From positions 1,532,034-1,596,033 of the forward strand of contig OY969699.1 of assembly GCA_963702025.1 (NCBI GenBank): a stretch of DNA of 64,000 bases, read 5' to 3'. Both the position numbers and the translations under genes were made by a program. Every line of letters starts with the position of its first letter. The stretch's first letter is position 1. The notes under the pieces are model-generated. The model did not search any database, was not told the DNA's origin, and was given only the letters and a program-made list of their open reading frames with translations. Positions 11,233-21,865 of the stretch are shown here, piece after piece. This DNA is from an uncultured bacterium. GTDB taxonomy: Bacteria > Babelota > Babeliae > Babelales > Vermiphilaceae.

Positions 11233-11527
11233 ATAATACCCTTATTATTATTTAACATGAAAAAATAAACAGAAAAGAATGCATTGCATTGTCGGTTCAT
11301 TAACTCTACTGTTTTGGGATCAACCAAAAATTACTTTGGCTTATTCAAGCAATTTTTTTTTAAAATGAAAAGATGATTTTAAAGTAATATTCGTTTTCTT
11401 CTAGTAGAACCCTCCATTACTCAAAAATTCTATTCACTTGCAAAATTGTAGCAGTTTTAAATAAGCATATGCTATAAGAAAAAAGATCTTTCCAGGTAAT
11501 CAAAACTATCTCAGTAACGGGAGAAAT

Positions 11528-13111
11528 ATGGCTATGAAAATAAAAAAAGCATTTCTATTCTTTTATTTCATCGGATTTATTACCGGCTCAATTGAATTGT
11601 GCTCTGCGCATGACTATATAACGGTGCTTAAAAAAAACGTTTTATATAAATTCGTTCATTTTGACAAAGCAACGGATAATTTTACCCAAAATATATTCCC
11701 TTCATGGGAAAATGAAACTTTTGATGTTTTTGACCAAGTAAAAGATCCTCAGGGCATCGCCATCGATATCGGCGCATGGATCGGAACAACCGCCATTTGG
11801 TTGTCCAAAAATTTTTCTCATGTCATAGCAATTGACGCCGATAAAGTTTCTCTTAACTGTCTCCGATTAAATTTAGCCGCATCAGAATGTAACAATGTGA
11901 CTATTTGTGAACGGCCCATTGCGCAAACAAGTAAAAAATTTATTTTTGGGCCCCGCGGCGATGAATTAAATGAATCAATTTCATACATCAAAGAAGAACT
12001 GGGTGCTTCCCCAGCGCACAGTAATCATGATTATGTTGTGCGCGGATTAGCTTTTAAACAGCTGGTACATGATTATATATATGCAAATGATAAGTTAAAA
12101 TCACAAAAAATATCCTTTATTAAATGCGATATTGAGGGTGGCGAAGAAAATATTATTGAAGATTTATTGTATTTTGCGTATTACAATAAGGCAAGAGTCT
12201 ATTTGTCGTTCCATCTGAATTGGTGGAAATCGAAAAAAATAACGGATTTTGAATATCTCTTTAAGTTCTTTAAAACAAACTGCCCTGTCGCCAATATCTG
12301 CGAGTATGTTAATAACAACCCGTTTGCTTCCCTTCTTTTTGAACCACTGGAGAGCAAAGATGTTCTGATTAAGAAAAATATGCCGGTTGTGGTCATCGGT
12401 TATAATCAATATACCTATATAAAAAATATGGTCGCGCAATTGGAAAAATATACCTCTGATATCATCGTGGTTGATAATAATAGCACTTACAAGCCCTTAG
12501 TGGATTACTATGAAAAGGATTTTAAATACACGCTACTCAAACAAAAACGCAATTATGGCCACACGGTGTTTAAACAAAGCTTTGTGCAAAATTTAGTGGG
12601 TGATATCTATATTCTCACTGATCCGGATCTGGAATTTAACCCTAAACTCCCTACCAATTTTATTCAGGTTCTGATAGATGTTTCAAATTACTTTGGCTCT
12701 CATAAGACCGGCTTTGCCTTATTTATCGACGGCGATGATATACGAACCGACATTAAACTTGAGGGAAAATCAATTAAAGAATGGGAAAGCTCTAATTGGC
12801 AAAAGAAACTAAACTATCCGACCGCCCCTACTTTGGAGTTGTATAGAGCACCTCTTGATACTACGTTTTGCTTGGTCAATAAAAAACAGGGCGACTGGCA
12901 CCAAAATAATGTTCGTGTAGCGGGTAATTATACCTGTAAACATCTTCCATGGCACAAAAATTTCAAGGATGCGCTCCTTCCGGGCGAATATGAAGCATAC
13001 AAACAAAGCAACGTGTCGACCAACTGGTTTAAAAGAAATAAAATATTCACCAATGAGATGCTTTCCTTAATTTTTGAAAACATTGCAGCAATTGAGTTGT
13101 ACCGTCTTTAG
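11528..13111 (+). CDS. FkbM methyltransferase-GT2 glycosyltransferase fusion with signal peptide
   Basis: IDIGAWIG, FIKCDIEGGE; C-terminal VVDNNST, YILTDPD, LDTTF. Confidence 0.8.
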   Translation: MAMKIKKAFLFFYFIGFITGSIELCSAHDYITVLKKNVLYKFVHFDKATDNFTQNIFPSWENETFDVFDQVKDPQGIAIDIGAWIGTTAIWLSKNFSHVIAIDADKVSLNCLRLNLAASECNNVTICERPIAQTSKKFIFGPRGDELNESISYIKEELGASPAHSNHDYVVRGLAFKQLVHDYIYANDKLKSQKISFIKCDIEGGEENIIEDLLYFAYYNKARVYLSFHLNWWKSKKITDFEYLFKFFKTNCPVANICEYVNNNPFASLLFEPLESKDVLIKKNMPVVVIGYNQYTYIKNMVAQLEKYTSDIIVVDNNSTYKPLVDYYEKDFKYTLLKQKRNYGHTVFKQSFVQNLVGDIYILTDPDLEFNPKLPTNFIQVLIDVSNYFGSHKTGFALFIDGDDIRTDIKLEGKSIKEWESSNWQKKLNYPTAPTLELYRAPLDTTFCLVNKKQGDWHQNNVRVAGNYTCKHLPWHKNFKDALLPGEYEAYKQSNVSTNWFKRNKIFTNEMLSLIFENIAAIELYRL

Positions 13112-13226
13112 GCGCACAATCATACACTGGCACCATGTCCAGCCGAGCTCATTTTGAATACGTAAAAGCCCTTTATTTTTTTTGCTTTCTTTTCTATACT
13201 CTGGACAAAATAGAAAAGGGTGAGTA

Positions 13227-14486
13227 ATGATTTGCCGCAGGTACTGTATAATTTTTTCGATTATTTTTTCGGGTAGCGCTCACAGCATCACCGGTCCGGT
13301 GCTCCTTGTTGTCGGAACCCGGCCCGAGGGAATCAAAATGATACCTGTTTATATCGCACTTAAAGAAGAGCAGATTCCGGTCCTTTTATGCTCCACCGGA
13401 CAGCACACCGATCTTTTAGAAGATATTTTTGCCGCTTTTAGCGTTGAACCCGATTTTCGGTTCAATATTATGAAACCGGGCCAAGATCTTTTTTATATAA
13501 CCACGACCGTGCTTGATAAGATGAAAATGATTCTTCAAGAAATCAAGCCTTCATTAGTGATCGTGCAAGGCGATACCACCAGCGCAATGGCTGCCGCACT
13601 TGCTGCCTTTTATCTAAAGATCCCCGTTGGCCATGTTGAGGCAGGATTACGAACGGGCAATATAAATGCACCCTACCCGGAAGAAATGAACCGCACTTTT
13701 ATTAGTCTTATCGCTTCCTATCATTTTGCACCAACCGCCCTTTCAGTAAACAATTTACTCAAAGAGCATATTGATCCAACCACTATTTTTTGTGTTGGCA
13801 ATACCGTGGTTGATGCTCTTGCCATGATGAGCGAAACTATACGCGCCAAAGAAAATCTGATAAGCAAAGAGTTGGAAGAAACAATTTCTTGGTGCAAAAA
13901 AAATAATAAAAAAATCGTATTGCTCACCGCGCATCGCAGAGAATCATTTGATATCGGTCTAGTCTCAATTTTCAGGGCCATACAATATTTGTTACAGGAA
14001 CATTCAGATCTGGCAATTATTTATCCGATGCACCCCAATCCGATTATTAAGCGAAAATTTTTAGAAACTGATCTGAACCATTGTGCAAATATCTTTGTTA
14101 CTGCTCCCTTGAACTATACCGATATGATCTATCTATTAAATAATGTAGATTTTGTTGCCACTGATTCGGGGGGAATACAAGAAGAAGCGGTAAGCTTGGG
14201 CAAACCGGTGCTCGTATTGCGCAATGAAACTGATCGGCCCGAGGGGGTGCTCTATGGAGCGGCACAGTTGGTCGGCACTGATACGCAAACAATTATCGAT
14301 TCATGCAATCGACTTCTTACTGATACCCCATCAAAAGGGTATTCAACAATTTACGGTGATGGCACCGCATCAAAAAAAATTGCAAAAATAGTAACTTCCT
14401 TACTAAAAAAAGGGGAAACCGATGTACAAAAAAATGTTATTCATTCTTATAGGTCTGGTGTGTATAACCAACTACCGGCCCACTAA
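13227..14486 (+). CDS. wecB: UDP-N-acetylglucosamine 2-epimerase (non-hydrolysing) with N-terminal signal-peptide-like extension
   Basis: VVGTRPEGIKM, STGQH, VQGDT, HVEAGLRT, TDSGGIQEEA. Confidence 0.92.
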   Translation: MICRRYCIIFSIIFSGSAHSITGPVLLVVGTRPEGIKMIPVYIALKEEQIPVLLCSTGQHTDLLEDIFAAFSVEPDFRFNIMKPGQDLFYITTTVLDKMKMILQEIKPSLVIVQGDTTSAMAAALAAFYLKIPVGHVEAGLRTGNINAPYPEEMNRTFISLIASYHFAPTALSVNNLLKEHIDPTTIFCVGNTVVDALAMMSETIRAKENLISKELEETISWCKKNNKKIVLLTAHRRESFDIGLVSIFRAIQYLLQEHSDLAIIYPMHPNPIIKRKFLETDLNHCANIFVTAPLNYTDMIYLLNNVDFVATDSGGIQEEAVSLGKPVLVLRNETDRPEGVLYGAAQLVGTDTQTIIDSCNRLLTDTPSKGYSTIYGDGTASKKIAKIVTSLLKKGETDVQKNVIHSYRSGVYNQLPAH

Positions 14487-15330
14487 TTGCAAAGAAATTC
14501 AAAAAAAACGGGTATTGATTGGGAGCCCGATACGGCAAAAACCTGCTATTTTAAAAGAGTTTTTGCAATCATTGAAAGAATTGAATAATGAAACGTTTGA
14601 AGCGGATTACTTATTTGTTGATGATAATAACGATCCGGAATCATCATTAATGCTCAATACTTTTGTCAATGAAATACCCGAAGATTACGCCATTCTAAAA
14701 TGTAACAACCCGGAAGAAGATGCCTATGTATGCAATGAACGCACCCATTATTGGCACGAAAAAATTATTTGGAAGGTTGCCTATTTTAAAAATTGCATAA
14801 TCGATTATGCGCTGCAACATTCTTACGACTATCTTTTTTTAATTGATTCAGATATCGTTCTGAATCCTAAAACCATTGATCATTTAATCGAAACCAATAA
14901 AGATATTGTTTCTAATATTTTCTGGACACACTGGCAACCGGAAAATCCCAAATTGCCGCAAGTATGGCTCATCGATGAATATCAATTTTATATATCAGGC
15001 CGCAATGAAAAATTAACCCAAGATGAAATACATGCAAGAACCGTCACATTTTTACAGCAATTGTTATACCCGGGAACCTACGAAGTTGGCGGACTGGGCG
15101 CCTGCACCTTGCTTTCACAAAAAGCATTACAAACCGGCGTTAACTTCAAAAAAATAAAAAATCTGAGTTTTTGGGGAGAAGACAGACATTTTTGTATTCG
15201 CGCGGCGGCCCTTGGCATTGAGCTGTTTGTGGATACCTATTATCCGGCCTATCACATTTACCGTGAATCGGATCTGAACGGCATTCCTTTGTATAAACAA
15301 AATTGCGCAAATAACATTTACCAAATTTAA
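14422..15330 (+). CDS. GT2-like glycosyltransferase with signal peptide
   Basis: VLIGSPIRQKP, FVDDN, YDYLFLIDSD, VGGLGACTL, WGEDRHFC. Confidence 0.8.
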   Translation: MYKKMLFILIGLVCITNYRPTNCKEIQKKRVLIGSPIRQKPAILKEFLQSLKELNNETFEADYLFVDDNNDPESSLMLNTFVNEIPEDYAILKCNNPEEDAYVCNERTHYWHEKIIWKVAYFKNCIIDYALQHSYDYLFLIDSDIVLNPKTIDHLIETNKDIVSNIFWTHWQPENPKLPQVWLIDEYQFYISGRNEKLTQDEIHARTVTFLQQLLYPGTYEVGGLGACTLLSQKALQTGVNFKKIKNLSFWGEDRHFCIRAAALGIELFVDTYYPAYHIYRESDLNGIPLYKQNCANNIYQI

Positions 15331-15336
15331 AGGAAC

Positions 15337-16107
15337 ATGATGAACATACAAAAAATAACTTTTCTGATCATATGTTGTTTTTTTGGGGGAACGATCCATC
15401 CGAAAAAAAAACAGAAGCTTGTCTTTTCTATGATTATGAAAAATGAAGCAGGTAGAAAATTACGGGAGTGCTTAGAAGAAATTAATCACTATGCGGATCT
15501 TGCGGTAATAATAGACGATGCGAGTACGGATAACAGTATCGCAATAGCACAAGAAATACTCGGTGATAAACTGATCCTTATCAGAAATAGAGAGTCAAAA
15601 TTTTCCAATGAAATTGTTTTACGCAAACAACAATGGGAAGAAACTATAAAAACAAACCCGGATTGGATACTTAATATTGATGCCGATCAGATTTTTGAAA
15701 CAAAAATGAGGGATGAAATTTATCGGCTCATCAATCAAGATGAAATAGATGTGTGGTGTTTCCGCTTATACGATTTTTGGGATGAAACTCACTATCGAGA
15801 TGACCAGATGTGGTGCGCGCATAACACCTACCGCTCTTTCTTGATTAGGTATAAAAAAGATTTTAATTATACCTGGAAAGAAACGCCACAGCATTGCGGC
15901 CACTTCCCGCAAAGTATTTATTTTGGCGGATTGCGTATTGGCTATTCTCTTATGAGATTAAAGCACTATGGGTGGGCAAAAGAAGAGGATCGGATTGCAA
16001 AATATTATCGGTATATGAAACTTGATCCGGGCGCCAAATATGGCAACCAAGCACATTACGATTCTATTTTGGATACCAATCCTCATTTGCTCGAGTGGAT
16101 TGAGTAA
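15337..16107 (+). CDS. GT2 glycosyltransferase with signal peptide
   Basis: MIMKNEA, IIDDASTDNS, WILNIDAD, LKHYGW. Confidence 0.85.
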   Translation: MMNIQKITFLIICCFFGGTIHPKKKQKLVFSMIMKNEAGRKLRECLEEINHYADLAVIIDDASTDNSIAIAQEILGDKLILIRNRESKFSNEIVLRKQQWEETIKTNPDWILNIDADQIFETKMRDEIYRLINQDEIDVWCFRLYDFWDETHYRDDQMWCAHNTYRSFLIRYKKDFNYTWKETPQHCGHFPQSIYFGGLRIGYSLMRLKHYGWAKEEDRIAKYYRYMKLDPGAKYGNQAHYDSILDTNPHLLEWIE

Positions 16108-16143
16108 TATTTATTAAAATATATTTTTATTGTCTGGAATGCT

Positions 16144-17385
16144 ATGAAAAAAATACTTAAAATTGTACTACTCATTTTACCTCTCTCCATGATCGCACGC
16201 GATCCACATTCAAAATATGACGCAACCCTAATCGGCATGATCTCATATCAAAGCGCCTGTAAACTGCCAGGATTATGGATAGACAACTTATATAAAGATT
16301 GCTCAATTAATTTCATACCAACCTGTTTCATGAATCTCGATTCGGCATCTGAAGTAACCAAATTAATTGCACAAAACCCCGATAAAACTCCCGGCACCGT
16401 TAGTATATTGCTCGATAACGTAATTTGGACCCCTCAATATTGTTCATATACCTATGTACCAGATAGCCCTATTAAAATTGTTCTATCAATGCTGGAAGCA
16501 TCAAAAATGATTCCGCAATGTGTACAGATTTTAAATACCAAATTCGATGCGGTCATAGTGCCTGATGAATACTGGATTCCAGTCTACCGAGAATCCGGCG
16601 TAACAATTCCTATTTTTGTGCTGCCCTGCGGGCTTGATCTTGATGGCCTGTTATCAAAACCATTACCCCGTAGACCGCATACCACCTTTACCTTTGGATT
16701 TTCCGGCGCATTCTGGGAACGAAAAAATCATGTAAAAGTGCTTGAAGCATTTGCGCAAGAATTCGGCAATGATCCCCATGTTCAATTAAGACTTCATGGG
16801 CGCGGAGGCTACCAATCTATTCTTAATGATTTATCTAGCCTTATAAAAAAATACCGTCTGGATAATGTAGAGATATTTACGGATCAATTTAGTCAACGGC
16901 AATTTGAAGATTTTATGACATCTCTTGATGTGTATGTGTTAGTTTCAACTGCCGAAGGTTATTCGATCAGCCCCCGTGAAGCAATGGCGCTTGGCATTCC
17001 GTGTATATTATCAAACAACACCGCGCATATTACCCTATGCAACAGCGGATTTGTAAGGGCAGTAAAAGCGGAGATACCGCGCGATCCGGACCAATATGAA
17101 ACATTACGCGGCATTGTTGATCGCGGTATTCAATTTGATTGCACCGTTGAAGATGTACGCGCAGCGATGAGAGACGTCTATAACAATTATCAGTCATATT
17201 TAGAAAAAGCGGGCCCCGCTCGCCAGTGGGTAAGAAGATATTCATTTTCCACGCTTAAAGAAAAGCATCTTAACTTTATTAAGCCTCCCCGTGTAATTCT
17301 GGGGAATGAAAACAAAGTTGAAAATGATTATTTAATGACCAATGATGCGAAACTTTATAATAAATATCTACAGATTATACAGTAG
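16144..17385 (+). CDS. GT4 glycosyltransferase with signal peptide
   Basis: ERKN, STAEGYSISPREAMALGIPCI. Confidence 0.85.
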   Translation: MKKILKIVLLILPLSMIARDPHSKYDATLIGMISYQSACKLPGLWIDNLYKDCSINFIPTCFMNLDSASEVTKLIAQNPDKTPGTVSILLDNVIWTPQYCSYTYVPDSPIKIVLSMLEASKMIPQCVQILNTKFDAVIVPDEYWIPVYRESGVTIPIFVLPCGLDLDGLLSKPLPRRPHTTFTFGFSGAFWERKNHVKVLEAFAQEFGNDPHVQLRLHGRGGYQSILNDLSSLIKKYRLDNVEIFTDQFSQRQFEDFMTSLDVYVLVSTAEGYSISPREAMALGIPCILSNNTAHITLCNSGFVRAVKAEIPRDPDQYETLRGIVDRGIQFDCTVEDVRAAMRDVYNNYQSYLEKAGPARQWVRRYSFSTLKEKHLNFIKPPRVILGNENKVENDYLMTNDAKLYNKYLQIIQ

Positions 17386-17397
17386 TACGGGATCCCC

Positions 17398-18495
17398 ATG
17401 AAACAATCACTCATTTTAGCAATTTTGGTAAGCCTCTTGCCTAATTCACTTTTATCCAAGAGCGCATTAATCTTTGGCATTGCAGGGCAAGATGGCATAT
17501 ATCTAACTGAATTACTCCTGAGTAAAGGATATACAGTTCATGGTGTGGCAAGGAGATGTACAAATAAAAATCTAAAGCTACTCGATGTTTTTGCACAAAA
17601 TAGAAATCTTCAGACAAAACTTATTTTACACTTTGGGGATGTGACTGACCCTCTTAATATACGTGAACTTATCTCTCAAATAAATCCAGATGAAATATAC
17701 AATCTAGCTGCACAAAGCAATGTAAAACTATCCTTTGATACCGCATTTCATACCGCTCAAACAAATGCGCTCGGAACTCTTAATATTTTAGAAGCCATAC
17801 GGTCAATAAATACCAATATTCATTTCTACCAAGCATCGAGCGGTGAGATGTTTGGTAAAGCTGAAGGGTTACCTCAAAATGAAACTACTCCCTTCCATCC
17901 ACAATCTCCCTATGCAATCGCCAAACTTTATTCTTATTGGATAACGGTAAACTATCGGAACGCCTATGGCATTTTTGCCTGCAATGGCATTCTTTTTAAC
18001 CATGAATCCCATTTAAGAGATGAAACATTTGTCACCAAAAAAATAACCCGTTCCGTTGCCCGCATTTATTACGGACTGCAAGAAACATTGTATTTGGGAA
18101 ATCTTAATGCGCGGCGCGATTGGGGCTTTGCCAAGGATTATGTTGAAACAATGTGGCTCATGCTTCAACAAGAAAAACCTGCTGATTATGTTGTTGCCAC
18201 CGGCAAGAACCATTCGGTTCGCGAGTTTGTTGAACATGCATTTAATGAAGTAGACGTTGAAATTGAATGGCAAGGGGAGGGAACAGAAGAAAAAGGCATA
18301 GATAAAAAAACAGGCAAAATTATTGTTGCCGTTGATCCCGCCTATTTTAGACCAACAGAAGTAGAATATTCCATCGGTGACCCGTCCAAGGCAATTGCAG
18401 AGTTACGATGGCAACCAAAAACTGATTTCGCATCGTTGGTTACCCTTATGGTGCAGCATGATTTGGCCGAAACTAAAGAAGAAATGAAAAAATAG
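17398..18495 (+). CDS. gmd: GDP-mannose 4,6-dehydratase (copy 1) with signal peptide
   Basis: [44 protein letters not shown]. Confidence 0.92.
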   Translation: MKQSLILAILVSLLPNSLLSKSALIFGIAGQDGIYLTELLLSKGYTVHGVARRCTNKNLKLLDVFAQNRNLQTKLILHFGDVTDPLNIRELISQINPDEIYNLAAQSNVKLSFDTAFHTAQTNALGTLNILEAIRSINTNIHFYQASSGEMFGKAEGLPQNETTPFHPQSPYAIAKLYSYWITVNYRNAYGIFACNGILFNHESHLRDETFVTKKITRSVARIYYGLQETLYLGNLNARRDWGFAKDYVETMWLMLQQEKPADYVVATGKNHSVREFVEHAFNEVDVEIEWQGEGTEEKGIDKKTGKIIVAVDPAYFRPTEVEYSIGDPSKAIAELRWQPKTDFASLVTLMVQHDLAETKEEMKK

Positions 18496-18510
18496 TAAAA
18501 AAGGATTTTT

Positions 18511-19509
18511 ATGAAAAAAATACTATTACTAACATTTTGTATCACTCTCAATGCAATCGCATTGAAAATTCCTACCAGCAGCAATTCACCTCATTTACGT
18601 TTCATAAATTGCAAGTCTTGGGATTTATGCACGCTCGATGAATCATTTATCGCTATGCTCGCTCGTGCCTTTAAGCCGGTAAATTTTGTAGAAACAGGCA
18701 CATTTAAAGGTGACACCACTGATCGAGCATGCCGCTATTTTCCATTTAAATATACCATTGAGTTAAGCAAAGAATTGTATGACGGAGTCACCCAAAGATT
18801 CATGCATGACAAAACTGTATTTCCGTATCATGGTGATTCTGTTGAAATTTTACCAATGATAATTCAATCATTAAAAGGAAAAACGCTCTTTTTTCTCGAT
18901 GCGCATTTTAGTGGCAACGGAACGGCTAAGGGTTCAACTAATACTCCAATTTTGTCCGAACTTGAGATTATTAAGAAGGCAGGTGTTACCGATGGCATAA
19001 TTGTGGTTGATGATACCCGTATGTTTTACGAACACAATGCCTCTGTACAGGGAAGCATAATGGAAGGATATCCATCGTTAGCAGCGATTATAAATAAAAT
19101 TTTGGAAATAAACCCTGATTACTCCTTTGCAATCATCGCTGACGATTTAGTGGCATACCCGGCATCTGAAAATATAACGGTCTCCGCAGTAACCCGAGCA
19201 GTAACTATTAGTAGAGTTTATGATGGCAACAATTTCACGGTTGATGAAGTTTTAGCTGCAGAACAAATTATTGCAAAAGCAACCGGAGATGAACGTGCTA
19301 CCATTCAAATGCTGGCAGAACATTGTACTGAACCGTGGAGTAAAAAAGCAGGACTTTCCCGCCATTATCCTCTATGGTACGGACTCATTTTATTTAATGA
19401 GAATAACCATGGTAGAGCAGAGTTATTTTTGCAAGAAGCAAAACAACGAGGGCTAAAACATCCATATATTGATTCTTATTTCAAACCACAATCATACAGT
19501 TTTCTTTAA
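18511..19509 (+). CDS. Methyltransferase-like protein with signal peptide; paralog of the C-terminal half of 8613..10355
   Basis: FVETGTFKGD and FFLDAHFSGNGTAKGSTNTPIL match IETGTYRGD and WLDGHWSGGETAKGTTNTPIL. Confidence 0.75.
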   Translation: MKKILLLTFCITLNAIALKIPTSSNSPHLRFINCKSWDLCTLDESFIAMLARAFKPVNFVETGTFKGDTTDRACRYFPFKYTIELSKELYDGVTQRFMHDKTVFPYHGDSVEILPMIIQSLKGKTLFFLDAHFSGNGTAKGSTNTPILSELEIIKKAGVTDGIIVVDDTRMFYEHNASVQGSIMEGYPSLAAIINKILEINPDYSFAIIADDLVAYPASENITVSAVTRAVTISRVYDGNNFTVDEVLAAEQIIAKATGDERATIQMLAEHCTEPWSKKAGLSRHYPLWYGLILFNENNHGRAELFLQEAKQRGLKHPYIDSYFKPQSYSFL

Positions 19510-19519
19510 TAAAATACTT

Positions 19520-20302
19520 TTACTTATATAGTTGCTCGTAATTAGCTTTATCCCAATACCAAGCCGGCGACTCTTCATAACGGGGTATATGATAAAATCC
19601 TAATTCATTATCTTTCCACGATGAATGGTGATAATCAATTTTATAAGGATTTGATAATCGATTTACAATATGTTTAGTAAAATATTCTTCACAAAAATGG
19701 TAGTCCCCTTTAACGAACTTCTCGATCTCGGGATGATTTTTAAATAATTCGCGAGCGCAAGACACCTTAATAAAAAAGCAATCGGTATGGCAATAATCTT
19801 TAAGATGAGTTCGATCTTCTCTATCTTCAAATCCGATCCAATTCTTAATAACAATATCATGACCATCGATAATTTTGCCAACCGCTTTTTTAATCAGATT
19901 CATATCATTAATAAATACTGATTCATGTTTAAAAAGTATAATATCCTCATCGGCGCATGCCGGATCATTTACTGCAATTTTTATTGAATTGATAATGCAA
20001 TTTAAACAATCCAATTGTTTATCTCTGGATTGAAAAACCATACATGCCGGTTTTTGACCATTAAATTCTACATCCACATTTTGAGCGTCATTTGTTGCCA
20101 CAAATATCTTTTTAAAGGGAATTAATGCCATATCCTTCTGGGTTGTTTCGATAAGTAATTGCTTACGGCCATATGAGGGCCCGGTACACAGAATAATTTT
20201 ATGTTTTAATACATAATCAATGGCATTTTGACTTGGAATGACTGCCCCATAAGAAAGATTGCACATTAAAATGAGAGCAGTAATTATCAAGTGCTTTTTC
20301 AT
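19520..20302 (-). CDS. Hypothetical secreted protein
   Basis: 260-aa ORF with signal peptide MKKHLIITALILMCNLSYG; in line with upstream minus-strand genes. Confidence 0.6.
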   Translation of the reverse strand: MKKHLIITALILMCNLSYGAVIPSQNAIDYVLKHKIILCTGPSYGRKQLLIETTQKDMALIPFKKIFVATNDAQNVDVEFNGQKPACMVFQSRDKQLDCLNCIINSIKIAVNDPACADEDIILFKHESVFINDMNLIKKAVGKIIDGHDIVIKNWIGFEDREDRTHLKDYCHTDCFFIKVSCARELFKNHPEIEKFVKGDYHFCEEYFTKHIVNRLSNPYKIDYHHSSWKDNELGFYHIPRYEESPAWYWDKANYEQLYK

Positions 20303-20322
20303 TGACCAACCCTTATTTGTTA

Positions 20323-21021
20323 TTAATTGTTCGATCCTTTTGCTTTAAAGACCACCCAAATACGCGGTTGATCTTTATCGAGCAATACAGAAATACCTTT
20401 TTTACCAAAAAATTCATTAACGGCACGCGGCACTCCCGGATGACGGGTGGCATAATCATCACCGGCCATAACACCACCCTCTTTTATTTTGGGCCACCAT
20501 GCTTCCAAATCTTTAAGAACTTCTTCATAATTATGGTTTGCATCTAAAAATACGATATCAATTTCCCCGTCTTCAAAACGCCGCGCAGCATTAAGCGAAA
20601 AATCACGAATTAATTCGAAGCGATCCCCAAATACGCTCAATTTATTTTTTACCTTATGGAAAAATATTTCGTAATAATTATCTGATGTCACAAGATTGGT
20701 AGAATCCCCATAATTTAAATAAGGATCAATACCATATAATTTCTTAATATTTGTTGCTTCCAATATTCTTTTGCAATGTGATCCAAAGGAAATACCTATT
20801 TCTATGGCCGTATGAAAACCATACTGATTTATCAATCGCGGCACTATATTATAATAGACCCCCCAATCCGCATCACATCCCGCTTCCATTTTATCTAGAT
20901 AGTCAAGAGCTTGATTAATTTCTATTAACGGTATTCTTGTTTGTACATGCAATTCATGCCTGTCTAAATAGGCACAAAGTTTTATGCTTACCAATAACAA
21001 TATTATTATTAATTTTTTCAT
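20323..21021 (-). CDS. Class I SAM methyltransferase (type 24-like) with signal peptide
   Basis: IEIGISFG, GIDPY, VFLDANHNYE, GGVMAGDDY. Confidence 0.85.
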   Translation of the reverse strand: MKKLIIILLLVSIKLCAYLDRHELHVQTRIPLIEINQALDYLDKMEAGCDADWGVYYNIVPRLINQYGFHTAIEIGISFGSHCKRILEATNIKKLYGIDPYLNYGDSTNLVTSDNYYEIFFHKVKNKLSVFGDRFELIRDFSLNAARRFEDGEIDIVFLDANHNYEEVLKDLEAWWPKIKEGGVMAGDDYATRHPGVPRAVNEFFGKKGISVLLDKDQPRIWVVFKAKGSNN

Positions 21022-21865
21022 ATGAACCCTTTTTATTTATTAACGATTATTTTCTTTAACCAACCTTATTTGACGTGTCTATAAATCCGGATTTGGCATA
21101 TGTTTCTTGATTATTAAATATGAATTTTGGATAGGTTTCATCTATTTTGACTAAAGGAAAGGATGCGATTCTCTTTTCCATATTTTTTCGATCCTTATTG
21201 GTCGGCGTGTCATATTCAGCATGCGCCCATGATGTTAGTTTGGTTACTACTCGATCATAACCACCCATATAGGTAAGATGCCAACCCGCGTTATTAATGC
21301 CAGGAACCATTCTGCGTTGTGCTAAACTTCTACAATAATCCGGTGCAAATTTTTTTAAATCTTTATAAAAGACGCCTATCGATCCGGGCCACGGGGAATC
21401 TTTTGCGTCAAAACGATTAAAATAATATCTATACATTGCTTGGTTACAAAGGACCACTCTATGCCTAACGGAGTCAGGCATTTCTTCAAGTGTTTTTTTA
21501 ATTTCCGGAATAACTGATGGTCTTATAATCTCATCCGCATCTGAAATTAAAATTAAATCATCCGGCTCACAATCCTTGAGGCCCCTCATAATCTGATCAC
21601 GTTGATAACGATCCCTCACCCAAGCATCATTTGTTGTGATCCGCTCATCAACAATAACATGAACTATTTTATCTAAAAATTTTTCAAAATGTTGCTTATT
21701 CGCTTCAAAATAGAGCGGCTTAGGGTTACCCCTAAAGGTTTCACGTGATTCTACTAAAACAAATTTATCCACATGATCATACAGTTCATGAAATCGAACC
21801 TCTAGAAGCTCGAGCTCATTAAAGAATAAAAAACAATCATAAATTTTTGCATAACCCATATTACT

